Position numbers and translations under genes: made by a program. A DNA stretch of 64,000 nt from an uncultured Methanosarcinales archaeon (GTDB lineage: Archaea; Nanobdellota; Nanobdellia; Woesearchaeales; GW2011-AR9). The notes beneath the pieces were generated by a model. The model searched no databases. It had not been told where the DNA came from and was given only the letters and a program-made list of their open reading frames with translations. The stretch spans positions 3,000-66,999 of the forward strand of contig CAZGQD010000001.1 in the NCBI GenBank assembly GCA_964527395.1, given 5' to 3'. Below, piece after piece: positions 8,745-17,041 of this stretch; within the stretch, counting starts at the first letter, position 1; the number at the start of each line of letters is the position of its first letter.

Positions 8745-9022
8745 GAGGGTTTAAATTGGTCAAAACTGTAAAAACGAGCTTTAAATTGGCTAAATCAGTA
8801 AAAATGGCTTCCTTTTGCTCTAAAACGGTCAAAATGATCTTTAAATTGAAAAAAGAGGCTAAAATTGGCTGTTTTTGCTCTAAAACGGTCAAAATGATCT
8901 TTAAATTGAAAAAAGAGGCTAAAATTGGCTGTTTTTGTCCTAAAACGGTCAAAATGATCTTTAAATTGAAAAAGGAGGCAAAAATGACCTCTAAAGTGAA
9001 AAAGAAGGGAAGTGGTTTTGTG
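8745..9022. repeat. Tandem repeat array, 60-bp period (two near-identical units plus degenerate flanking units)
   Basis: Units 8821-8880 and 8881-8940 differ at about one position, and 8941-8985 is a third partial unit. Each contains GGTCAAAAT sub-motifs. The array ends with gaaaaagaagggaagtg followed by a TATA box. Confidence 0.85.
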
Positions 9023-9040
9023 TCAAATAGACAAATTTTG

Positions 9041-9048
9041 TTTATAAA
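9041..9048 (+). promoter_or_regulatory. TATA box following the 60-bp tandem array
   Basis: tttataaa lies just after gaaaaagaagggaagtg, the same layout as at 23.8 kb. Confidence 0.45.
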
Positions 9049-9107
9049 GGGTTAAATTGGGACTTTTTTGTCAAGGGATTCTTATAGTTGATATTTGTTT
9101 AGGTTTT

Positions 9108-9434
9108 ATGGAATTAGGAATAGACTATGTGGTTGGTGCAATTGGTGGTTCTTCTGTAGAAGGATCTGGACTTGATGGCGGACTCTTGCTGAATGAAAAA
9201 GGCGGAGATCGTCCCATGGGGTGGCAAATCACAGGCATCTCAAGAGGTTCGCAAAGGCCTCAAAGACAAAGGCCACGTCTTCGAATTCCTATGCCAAGGC
9301 CTCAAGCAGGTAACAGTGGTCCTGTTCAAAGACCTGCTTATGACTCAAATGGGGGGACCCAGCGAGGTATCGCTGATATCACTGATTATGGGAATGTTGG
9401 TTTTGTTGCTGATCAAGGGTATTTTTCATTTTGA
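9108..9434 (+). CDS. Possible G/R/P/Q-rich hypothetical protein (coding frame uncertain)
   Basis: Two overlapping + frames are open (9057/9108..9434 and 9193..9516). The region is locally GC-richer than its surroundings. No family recognised. Confidence 0.25.
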   Translation: MELGIDYVVGAIGGSSVEGSGLDGGLLLNEKGGDRPMGWQITGISRGSQRPQRQRPRLRIPMPRPQAGNSGPVQRPAYDSNGGTQRGIADITDYGNVGFVADQGYFSF

Positions 9435-9501
9435 AATGAATGAGAAAATAGATGTGGGAGGAATAGAAAATACAATTGAAGAAGAAAAGATAATGGAAGG
9501 A

Positions 9502-10140
9502 TTATTCGGAGACTAGGCTGATTAAGACATCGTGGGCAGTGGAGAGATTTTTGGTTTTTACATAAATCAAGATCTCTGGCATTGCTTCAATAAAACCGTA
9601 GATGCAGATGTTGTTTAGAGCCATTTCTAGGCCAATTCTAGAGAGGATGCCTACAGCTTCATGAGAGTCTTTTGGAAATTCAATTCGGATCTCTGCCAAA
9701 TCGAAGTCGATGTATCTTAAATCTTTGTTTTGGAAGAGTTTTTTCTTTTTTTCAAAGTCTTTTTTGTTTAAGAAAATTCTAATGTTTTCTTTGCTTTTGA
9801 GCAGTCTGAAGTTCTCTTTGAGTTGTTTTTCTTCGAGGAAGTCTTTTGCGATGATTTTGAATTGTCTATCACTCATAGTCATTGAAGCAATATTGCTTTT
9901 TGTAGTGATAATAGCGTCTTCGAAGACTTTTTCAATACCTTTAATTTGCTGATTTAGTTCACTTTCTTCTTCAAAACGTCTGATTGCAGAAATGACAGCA
10001 TCAATACTGCCTTGGATATGTTTTTCTTGGATAAGGTATCTAGCTAGAGCTCTAGTGTTGATAAGACCACGCTTCATGTCTTTTTGAACGCTTAAATCTT
10101 CAGCAAGTAGTTTCCAAACTTCTGTATTTATTGAAGGCAT
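9502..10140 (-). CDS. Hypothetical regulatory protein (N-terminus resembles archaeal ACT-domain/wHTH regulators)
   Basis: RGLINTRALARYL...AVISAIRRFEE recalls archaeal ACT-domain proteins. The resemblance is recalled from memory only. Confidence 0.4.
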   Translation of the reverse strand: MPSINTEVWKLLAEDLSVQKDMKRGLINTRALARYLIQEKHIQGSIDAVISAIRRFEEESELNQQIKGIEKVFEDAIITTKSNIASMTMSDRQFKIIAKDFLEEKQLKENFRLLKSKENIRIFLNKKDFEKKKKLFQNKDLRYIDFDLAEIRIEFPKDSHEAVGILSRIGLEMALNNICIYGFIEAMPEILIYVKTKNLSTAHDVLISLVSE

Positions 10141-10251
10141 GTATATGTATAATGTGTCAAGTATATATAATTTATGTCCATAAATAGTAGGAAAGGAATA
10201 TTATTTAAGAAATTTAGCTTGTTTTGTTGCTTTGGAAGGGGTTTGGTAGTT

Positions 10252-10836
10252 TTAGCTTAGGTTTAAGTTATTTTCAATGAATTGATCTATTTTTTGGTGA
10301 AATTCTTCTAAGTTTGTGTTGTTTTTTATGGTGTAGTCTGCCTTTTGTATCAGTTCTGGGATCTCTTTTTCAGCTGGGTGTGAATCTCTTAATTTGAATT
10401 CTTCTATGGTTTTAGCTCTGTCTTGTTTTTGTCTTCTTAAGAATCTGGTTTTTTGGTCTGCTGTTAGTGCTACTAGAATGACTTTTGTGTTTTTTGGATC
10501 ATTAGGTTCGTTAGATTCTAGATTGCTTTTAAAGTATTTTAATTCGCTTATTGCTCTAATTCCATTGATTATGTAAGATTTTTCTTCTTTGATGATTTCT
10601 GTGACTTTTTTTGAGAAGCAATTTGGCCCTTCTTCTGATCTGAATTTTGTTCCAAGTATTTGCTGGGTTTCTTTTTTACCTATTTGTTCTTTGGTGATGA
10701 GGCCGCGTTCTATTCCTAGAAGATCTATTGCGTGACTCATATTTATTGATTTGATGTTTTGTTTTCGTTTTAGATGATTTGCAAATTCATCTTTGCCAGA
10801 AGCACTGTGGCCAGTTAAGAGAATGTATGTTTTCAT
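10252..10836 (-). CDS. P-loop nucleotide kinase, UPF0200/dephospho-CoA-kinase-like
   Basis: ILLTGHSASGKDEF P-loop. The layout (INGIRAISELKYF, RFLRRQKQDR, ADYTIKNNTNLEEF) matches archaeal UPF0200 kinases. Confidence 0.6.
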   Translation of the reverse strand: MKTYILLTGHSASGKDEFANHLKRKQNIKSINMSHAIDLLGIERGLITKEQIGKKETQQILGTKFRSEEGPNCFSKKVTEIIKEEKSYIINGIRAISELKYFKSNLESNEPNDPKNTKVILVALTADQKTRFLRRQKQDRAKTIEEFKLRDSHPAEKEIPELIQKADYTIKNNTNLEEFHQKIDQFIENNLNLS

Positions 10837-10920
10837 TGAAGGTGGTTTAAATTAGTTTTTTATATAAAGATTAGCACTGTCAAACTTTTCGAAATTGTAA
10901 GACAATTTCCAAACCCTCAA

Positions 10921-11026
10921 CGCTTTGCTTATGAGGTTATCGCAGGCGTGACCACTCGCTTTGGATTTTGCTCTTGTTGGTCGCAAAATGCTCGTTAATA
11001 TGGTCTTGTTTTGGATGGGATTGCCA
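10921..11026 (+). repeat. Family A structured repeat, copy A1
   Basis: Core atcgcaggcgtgaccactcgctttggattttgc...gcaaaatgctcgtt...ttgccagtagggga is shared with the copies at 20.3, 21.4 and 25.8 kb. Confidence 0.75.
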
Positions 11027-11098
11027 GTAGGGGACTGTGTTAATCTTTTATTTGTAATTTCTTTTTGTATGTGTTGAGTTTGTCTAGAATTTGGTGGT

Positions 11099-12670
11099 TT
11101 AATTTGTGTTGGTTTTGAATATCTTAAGAGTGCATAGTTTGCCTTCGTACTTTTCTTCATGGATTAAGGTTGCAATTGTTGTAACTTGTGCTTCGAATTC
11201 ATCTAAGGCGTTGCTACATTCTAAATCTTCAAATTTACATAGGAAATCACAGGTTCGGTAGACAATGAAGTCTGCTTCAGGGAGTCTTAGATCTATGACG
11301 GCTTGAGCGAATTTAGGGTTTGCTGTTGTTGGTTTTATGTAAACAGGGAACTCTGAAACGAAAGGGTGGCTAGAGACTATTGTGTCTTGGTATTTAGCTT
11401 CTTGGTTTAGGATATTTTTGGCGTTTTTGATGACTTGGTCCTCTTGGTATAAGTCTTCTTTTAGTTTGTTATCAAAATGGTTGATTGAAGCAGCTATCCA
11501 TAGTGTTAGAAGAAGTGTAACTAAAACAGCTGCTGCTTTTTTGTATTTGATGATCTTTGGAGTGAGTTTGTTATGGTTATTTTTTAGATCTTTGAATCTT
11601 TTAGGGATGTTCCATATCTTGAAGAACATTACTGCTGTTCCTATGCTAAGCCAAGGTAGGAGTAATGTCATGTATCTGATTTCTTTTCTGGCTACGAAAA
11701 ATATGAAGTAAAAGAGAAGTAAGAGTGGGATGATTGTGACTAGAATTTTTTCTGCTAGTTTGTCGTTTTGGTTGAAAATATTTTTTATTGGGTTGTTTTT
11801 TGATGATTTTATTAGTTTGTGTGTGATGTAGACTGTCCAGATTAGGAAAAGGATGTATATTGAGGCTTTATAAAGAAAGGCTTGTAAATAAAATGAAAAG
11901 GCAGTGTCGTAAAGCCAAGTTGAAGTGTTGATAATCCAAGAACCTGATGTGAATGGGAGTAATGGGTTTTGGTATAGTTTTTGGTTGATAGTTAGGAATG
12001 TGATTAGAGGGATTGAGAACCCTGCTCCTAAGGATACTAGATTCTTTAGAAAGGTTTTGATGTCATTTAGGTTGCTTTGGATTAGGTATAGACTAGTTGG
12101 GAGGATTAGTAGGCCTAAGGGGAATTTAGTCATTGCAGCTAAACTTAAGATGAAGCCTGAAAGGAAGAGAGTTGATCTTTTGAATTGGCTGTTATTGTCT
12201 TTTTTAATAAGGAGATGGATTCCAAGTAAGCTTAAGAAAATTGCAAGTGGTTCTGTTAGGAGAAGGCCAGTGTGGATTACAAAAAGAGGGTCTAATGCGA
12301 AGATGAAGCTAGCTAAGAAAGCTGTTTTCTGATCGAAAATCTTGTTTGTTATTTTGTAAACTAGGTAAACTGAAGCTAAGGAAAATATTAGGTTGATGGT
12401 TGTGCCTACAATTATTTGGTTTAGGTTTAAATGAAAAGGGATGGATAAGATTGCTGGAAACAAAAGAGGTCTGAATGATTCCCAAATGCCTAAACCAAAT
12501 GGACCTCCAGTGAAAATAGCTTTACTCATTGCAAGGTAAATGTATGAATCCCACCAAAAGTCGTAATTGTTCGATAAATGAATTAGTCTGGTGATTAAAG
12601 CTATTATTAGGATTAGAATTATGGTTATTTTTGTATACTTGTTGTTTGCTTTTTTTTGATAGTCTTTCAT
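11099..12670 (-). CDS. GT-C fold membrane glycosyltransferase (ArnT/PMT-like, family 39-like)
   Basis: About 12 predicted TM helices, an early WWDSYIY acidic-loop motif, and a soluble C-terminal domain. Confidence 0.6.
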   Translation of the reverse strand: MKDYQKKANNKYTKITIILILIIALITRLIHLSNNYDFWWDSYIYLAMSKAIFTGGPFGLGIWESFRPLLFPAILSIPFHLNLNQIIVGTTINLIFSLASVYLVYKITNKIFDQKTAFLASFIFALDPLFVIHTGLLLTEPLAIFLSLLGIHLLIKKDNNSQFKRSTLFLSGFILSLAAMTKFPLGLLILPTSLYLIQSNLNDIKTFLKNLVSLGAGFSIPLITFLTINQKLYQNPLLPFTSGSWIINTSTWLYDTAFSFYLQAFLYKASIYILFLIWTVYITHKLIKSSKNNPIKNIFNQNDKLAEKILVTIIPLLLLFYFIFFVARKEIRYMTLLLPWLSIGTAVMFFKIWNIPKRFKDLKNNHNKLTPKIIKYKKAAAVLVTLLLTLWIAASINHFDNKLKEDLYQEDQVIKNAKNILNQEAKYQDTIVSSHPFVSEFPVYIKPTTANPKFAQAVIDLRLPEADFIVYRTCDFLCKFEDLECSNALDEFEAQVTTIATLIHEEKYEGKLCTLKIFKTNTN

Positions 12671-12687
12671 TTTTTTTTTGGGTAAGT

Positions 12688-13407
12688 TTAAGTTGTGCAG
12701 AGTTGATCAAAATGTTGAACTTCGCAGATTAGTTCTCCAAGTTTGTCTTTATCAGTGAAACCTTCGTGAGTTTGACCGTTAATTACTAAACTAGGGTATT
12801 CTTGGATATTATATAATGAGATGAAAGTTTGAATCATTGGTTCTTCAGATTCTAGTTCAGTGTTGATTGGGAAGACTAGTAATTGATCACCTAAGAGTTT
12901 TTTGTAATATGTTAAAAGAGTTCCTTGATCTGCACAAGTTTCACACTTTTCTTGGTGAAAGTATAAAATTGGTACAACTTCTAATGAACAGCTTTCACTG
13001 GCTTTTTCAGACAAAAGATAGTATCTAATGTTGTCAAGAGCGTATCTTCTTTGAATGAGAAGTAGTTCTTCTTTTGGAAAGGCTTGGTTTCTTTCTTCAT
13101 AATCTATTATTTCTGCTAAAGATTCACTTAAATCTGAGACTGAATTTTGTAAGGTTGAGGAGAGAACAGTACAACTTTCTTTGTTTTGAGTTGTTGTTAA
13201 TAAGAGATATTGTAATTGAAGACTTAAGTATTCTACATCTTGAGCATCGTTTACTTCTTGAGCCCAATCATATCTTTGCTCTTCTAGGATGCTGCCTAAT
13301 GCAAGACCTAATAGGAAAATTAATAGGGTTATGATTCCAGCAACAATGTAACGTTTGGAGCTTATTTCTCTGAAATTTGCCCTTTTGTTTGTATCTTCTT
13401 CTTGCAT
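12688..13407 (-). CDS. Membrane-anchored thioredoxin-fold protein (CxxC)
   Basis: One N-terminal TM helix. The C-terminal domain has CETC and a cis-Pro-like YPSLVING motif. Confidence 0.5.
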   Translation of the reverse strand: MQEEDTNKRANFREISSKRYIVAGIITLLIFLLGLALGSILEEQRYDWAQEVNDAQDVEYLSLQLQYLLLTTTQNKESCTVLSSTLQNSVSDLSESLAEIIDYEERNQAFPKEELLLIQRRYALDNIRYYLLSEKASESCSLEVVPILYFHQEKCETCADQGTLLTYYKKLLGDQLLVFPINTELESEEPMIQTFISLYNIQEYPSLVINGQTHEGFTDKDKLGELICEVQHFDQLCTT

Positions 13408-13532
13408 ATCTTTTGTTTTTTGAAATTTAAGTAATTTAAAGCTTCTGTATGAAAAATCATTAGGAGACTAAATGTATATTGTAGAACATAGGTTGTATTA
13501 GTTAGATTATATTGGACTAAAAAAGGAGAATT

Positions 13533-14834
13533 TCACCATTTGTGTTTTTTGGCGAAAGTGAATTCGAACAAAGAGATTAGTAGGATTCCACCAACCAAAA
13601 GGAAGTAGAAAAAGAAATAAGGGATTAATTCAATGAAGCCAAATTTGAAAAGTTTTTCTTTTGCGTTGTAATGTGATTGAATGAAAAAGAAGGAGGATAA
13701 GAGTAGTAGAAATATGAATGGAACCATAATTGAAACATTTACGAAAAGATGTTTAAATGTTAATTTCCATGTTTTTATGAATGGCATGAAGTCAAAACCA
13801 ACTATGAATGCGTTTGAAATTGATTTAAATAGTGGGAAAATTAGGAATTTGAATCCAAGGAGTATTGCTGTGATTCCGAAAATGAATCCAAAGATGTTTA
13901 AAGTCATTTGTAAGAGACCAAAATCACCGTATTTTAAGTTACCAATGATACTTTTGTACTTGTAGGCGCATTGCATACTGCCAATGTACCAACGTCTTCT
14001 TTGTTTATAGAATGGATAAACTTTTTCTGGAGCAGTTGTATGAACGTAACCAATATGGCAATGTTTGATTTTATAATGATGTTTTTGAGCACGATAAGCA
14101 ATTTCTTGGTCTTCTGCAACAGTATTAATGTCAAATTTACCCATTTTTTTGATAATGTCTGTTTTGTATATTGAGAATGGCCCAGGAGCTACATAAATAC
14201 AATTAATTGAAGAAATTATTTTGCTTAAAAACATCATAATTAGGTATTCTAACCATTGGATTCTTTGTAAGAATGTTTTTGGTTTGTGAACTTTCATTGC
14301 TGGAGTAATTATTGCAATGTTTTTGTCATTCTCTTTGTTGTATAAATCAAGCATTTTGTTGAGAGTTTCTTCGTCGACAAAAGAATCTGCGTCAAGGCAA
14401 GCAAAAAAGTCACTTATTACATATTCTAATGCTTTATTTAGTGAAGCAGCTTTACCTTGATTGAGGTGTGTTAAGATTCTAAAAAAGTTGTATGCATTAT
14501 GTTTTTTAATGAAATCTATAGCTATTTGTTTGGTGTTGTCTGTTGAACCATCATCTATTATAATTACATCTAGTTTGTTTTTAGGATAATTTAAATTGTA
14601 AATTGATTCTAATGTTTTTTCAATAGTTTTTTCTTCATTAAAGGCTGGAACTAAGATAGATACTGTAGGATGGAAATCTTCTTTTGTTTTTTTGTAGTTT
14701 TGATTTTTGAGATTAGTTATGTTTGATTTATTATTTAGAAATATATTGTCTACAAAAGTTAGGAACAAAAATATATTAAAATAAAGTGATATTAGATAGA
14801 TGCTTAATAAGATAATTGTTTGTGTAGCTACCAT
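13533..14834 (-). CDS. Processive family 2 glycosyltransferase (cellulose/chitin/hyaluronan-synthase-like) with TM domains
   Basis: VSILVPAFNEE, IIIDDGSTDNT, LDADS and QRRRW (QxxRW) motifs, with flanking TM helices. Confidence 0.85.
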   Translation of the reverse strand: MVATQTIILLSIYLISLYFNIFLFLTFVDNIFLNNKSNITNLKNQNYKKTKEDFHPTVSILVPAFNEEKTIEKTLESIYNLNYPKNKLDVIIIDDGSTDNTKQIAIDFIKKHNAYNFFRILTHLNQGKAASLNKALEYVISDFFACLDADSFVDEETLNKMLDLYNKENDKNIAIITPAMKVHKPKTFLQRIQWLEYLIMMFLSKIISSINCIYVAPGPFSIYKTDIIKKMGKFDINTVAEDQEIAYRAQKHHYKIKHCHIGYVHTTAPEKVYPFYKQRRRWYIGSMQCAYKYKSIIGNLKYGDFGLLQMTLNIFGFIFGITAILLGFKFLIFPLFKSISNAFIVGFDFMPFIKTWKLTFKHLFVNVSIMVPFIFLLLLSSFFFIQSHYNAKEKLFKFGFIELIPYFFFYFLLVGGILLISLFEFTFAKKHKW

Positions 14835-14897
14835 TTTTGTTAAGTATATTCTGTAAAGTACAAAGTTTTTTAGTAGGAGGCTTATAAAAATCTAACT

Positions 14898-15797
14898 ATG
14901 GAATATGAGCTTGAAAATGAGGATGGCGATCAGAATGATGATTTTATGACTGGTAATTCTGAAGAAGTTAGGGAAGCTAATGTCGAGCAGAACTCTCCTG
15001 ACGTTGTTTGTTCCTCACAAAGTAAAGAAGTTGATGATGAAGTTGAAGATAAAGTTTCTAGTGTTTCAAATGATTTAGGGACTAAGGTGTCTTTAGGGTC
15101 TGATTTTTTAGATGAGTTTTTAGAAGGTGGACTTGAAAGAGGGATTTTGACTACAGTGTATGGACCATCAGGGTCTGGGAAAACTAATTTATGTTTGATG
15201 GCAGCAGTTGCAGTTGCTCTTAGTGGGAAAAAAGTGTTGATTATAGATACAGAAGGAGGAATTGCAGTTGAGAGAATTAAACAACTTAGTGGAGAAGAAA
15301 AGTATAAAAAAGTTTTAGAGAATATATTGTTTTTTCAACCATTTACGTTTGCTGATCAGGTGATGGCTTTTGATAAATTAAGGTTGATGGATTTTTCTGG
15401 TAAAGAAGATTTAGGACTGATTATTGTTGATTCTATTGCAATGTTGTATAGGTTGGAGCTTGGGAAAGCAGAAGCTATATTTGAAACAAACTCAGCTCTT
15501 GCACGGCAGATTGCTATAGTTATAGAAATTGCAAGAAAGGAGAAGATTCCAGCAATAATAACTAATCAAGTTTATTCGGATTTTAAAAATAAGGATGAAG
15601 TGAAAATGGTTGGTGGTGATTTGTTAAAATATGGAAGCAAATGTTTACTTGAGTTGAAGAAAAATGATGGAAAGCATATCTTGAAATTACATAAACATCG
15701 TTATGTTAGTCCAAAGAAATCTGATGAATTTGTTGTGGTTAAGAGTGGTTTTGAGAAATCAAGTGGAATGTTAGAAAATGATGAATTATTGGAGTAA
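14898..15797 (+). CDS. radB: RadB/RecA-family recombinase paralog with acidic N-terminal extension (start uncertain; GTG 15087 would give a canonical-length RadB)
   Basis: LGSDFLDEFLEGGLERGILTTVYGPSGSGKTNLCL Walker A, then IIVDS Walker B. The first ~63 codons are acidic and contain a repeat-element module. Confidence 0.8.
   Translation: MEYELENEDGDQNDDFMTGNSEEVREANVEQNSPDVVCSSQSKEVDDEVEDKVSSVSNDLGTKVSLGSDFLDEFLEGGLERGILTTVYGPSGSGKTNLCLMAAVAVALSGKKVLIIDTEGGIAVERIKQLSGEEKYKKVLENILFFQPFTFADQVMAFDKLRLMDFSGKEDLGLIIVDSIAMLYRLELGKAEAIFETNSALARQIAIVIEIARKEKIPAIITNQVYSDFKNKDEVKMVGGDLLKYGSKCLLELKKNDGKHILKLHKHRYVSPKKSDEFVVVKSGFEKSSGMLENDELLE
14974..15022 (+). repeat. Copy of family L module 1 inside the radB 5' region
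   Basis: aagctaatgtcgagcagaactctcctgacgttgtttgttcctcacaaag aligns with 7171-7216 (ggccaatgtcgagcaaagctctcctagcttatttatcctcaaag) at roughly 80% by eye. Confidence 0.65.
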
Positions 15798-15896
15798 ATT
15801 TTGTTTTGTTTATAAATGGTAGGGAAAGATATATAAATGGAAAAATGATTATTTTTGTTACTTTATACTAAAAGTAGTTAGTAGTAGTAAAAAGAG

Positions 15897-16166
15897 GTGG
15901 ATGGAAAAGTGAAAGCTAAAAATGAGGTTTCTAATAAAACGCTGTTTGGTCTTATCGTAGCGGTTACAGTAATTTCTATAGTAAGTACTTATTTTATTGT
16001 GGATTCTGTGATGAATGCAGAACCAGTAGTAGAAAGTATAGCAGAAGGAAGTGGAGTAGCAACTCTTGAAATAATAGAAGAGCCAGAGTCTGGAGGAGGT
16101 TCAGGAGAGGCGACTTTAAATATTCTTGAGAGTGAAGAGTCAGTTGAAGAGACTGATAGTGAATAA
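15897..16166 (+). CDS. Small membrane-anchored acidic protein
   Basis: GTG start, one TM helix (LFGLIVAVTVISIVSTYFIV), acidic tail. First gene of a tightly spaced operon. Confidence 0.4.
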   Translation: MDGKVKAKNEVSNKTLFGLIVAVTVISIVSTYFIVDSVMNAEPVVESIAEGSGVATLEIIEEPESGGGSGEATLNILESEESVEETDSE

Positions 16167-16181
16167 AAGAGGTGAATATAT

Positions 16182-16985
16182 ATGGAAGAACATAAATTAT
16201 TAACAGGGATGCTTTTAGCAGCACTCGTGGTTTCAGTAGCAGGTGCTTTTATGACTTTAGATCAACTAGGGTCAAGTGGTTTTACAGGAGCGGCAACAGG
16301 TACAGGTACAAGTACAGCAACTATAACTGCAGATTTGTCAATCTCGGTTTCAAATGCAGATAATACAATAGTTGCTTTTGGAAGTGGAGTTGTTGATTCA
16401 ACAGATGCTTATGCAGTTCTTTATTCAGAACCAACTGAAGGTCTTACAAATACAGACAATTCTTCAGGATGGGCAGCAGTGAATGATAATCTCTCAGTTC
16501 AGAATAATGGGAACACAGATTTGAATATAACAGTTAAGTCAAGTAATAAGTCAGGAATAGGTGATGGGTCTTTTGTTTGTCAAGGATCAGGGCTTTGTAC
16601 AATAGGCGGAGGATCTCAAACATATAAAGACAATGGGACTGATTTTGCGTTTAAAGTAGCTTCAGCAGAAGTAGATGCTACAAATGGACAAGCTTGTAAG
16701 AGTTTCGGGTATGCAATTTCTCAGATTACTGGAGGAGGAGATGTGACAGGAGCACTTCAAAATAATACAGCAGCTGTAGGTAACTTAACAAATCAAAGTT
16801 GGAATTCGTTTGTTGGAACAAATGTAGAGTATGATGCGTGTAAATGTTTGCAGCATGAGATTAATAATGATGAGATAGCTGTCTTTTTCAAGGCATCAGT
16901 CCCTCAAGATGCAGGTGTTGTGAGTGGAGGTTCTTCAGCGACGTTAACTTTCACATCTTCAGCAGCAGATTCAGGGGATTGTTAG
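16182..16985 (+). CDS. Secreted Thr/Gly/Ser-rich beta-rich protein (possible pilin/TasA-like surface subunit)
   Basis: N-terminal hydrophobic signal (LLTGMLLAALVVSVAGAF), Cys pairs, no cytoplasmic-type motifs. The TasA-like idea is speculative. Confidence 0.5.
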   Translation: MEEHKLLTGMLLAALVVSVAGAFMTLDQLGSSGFTGAATGTGTSTATITADLSISVSNADNTIVAFGSGVVDSTDAYAVLYSEPTEGLTNTDNSSGWAAVNDNLSVQNNGNTDLNITVKSSNKSGIGDGSFVCQGSGLCTIGGGSQTYKDNGTDFAFKVASAEVDATNGQACKSFGYAISQITGGGDVTGALQNNTAAVGNLTNQSWNSFVGTNVEYDACKCLQHEINNDEIAVFFKASVPQDAGVVSGGSSATLTFTSSAADSGDC

Positions 16986-17041
16986 TTGTTTAAGTGATTT
17001 TTTATTTTTTATTTTTTATTAATTTTTATTGGAGGGATAGA

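Noticed and set aside
8745-9022. Possible CRISPR array (regular ~60-bp periodicity)
   Set aside because: The whole 60-bp unit repeats, including what would be spacers. There are no unique spacers, no cas genes nearby, and the repeat is built of 30-nt half-units. It is a plain tandem repeat.
8695-9055. ORFs on both strands through the tandem repeat (85 aa and 99 aa), and the analogous 23578..23797 pair
   Set aside because: The reading frames are kept open only by the repeat periodicity, and the peptide sequences are the repeat translated. Spurious until shown otherwise.
10852-11160. ORF of 102 aa, and the similar 20227..20553 ORF of 108 aa
   Set aside because: Both run antisense through family A repeat copies in intergenic regions, overlap neighbouring gene ends, and have odd composition. 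Judged spurious.
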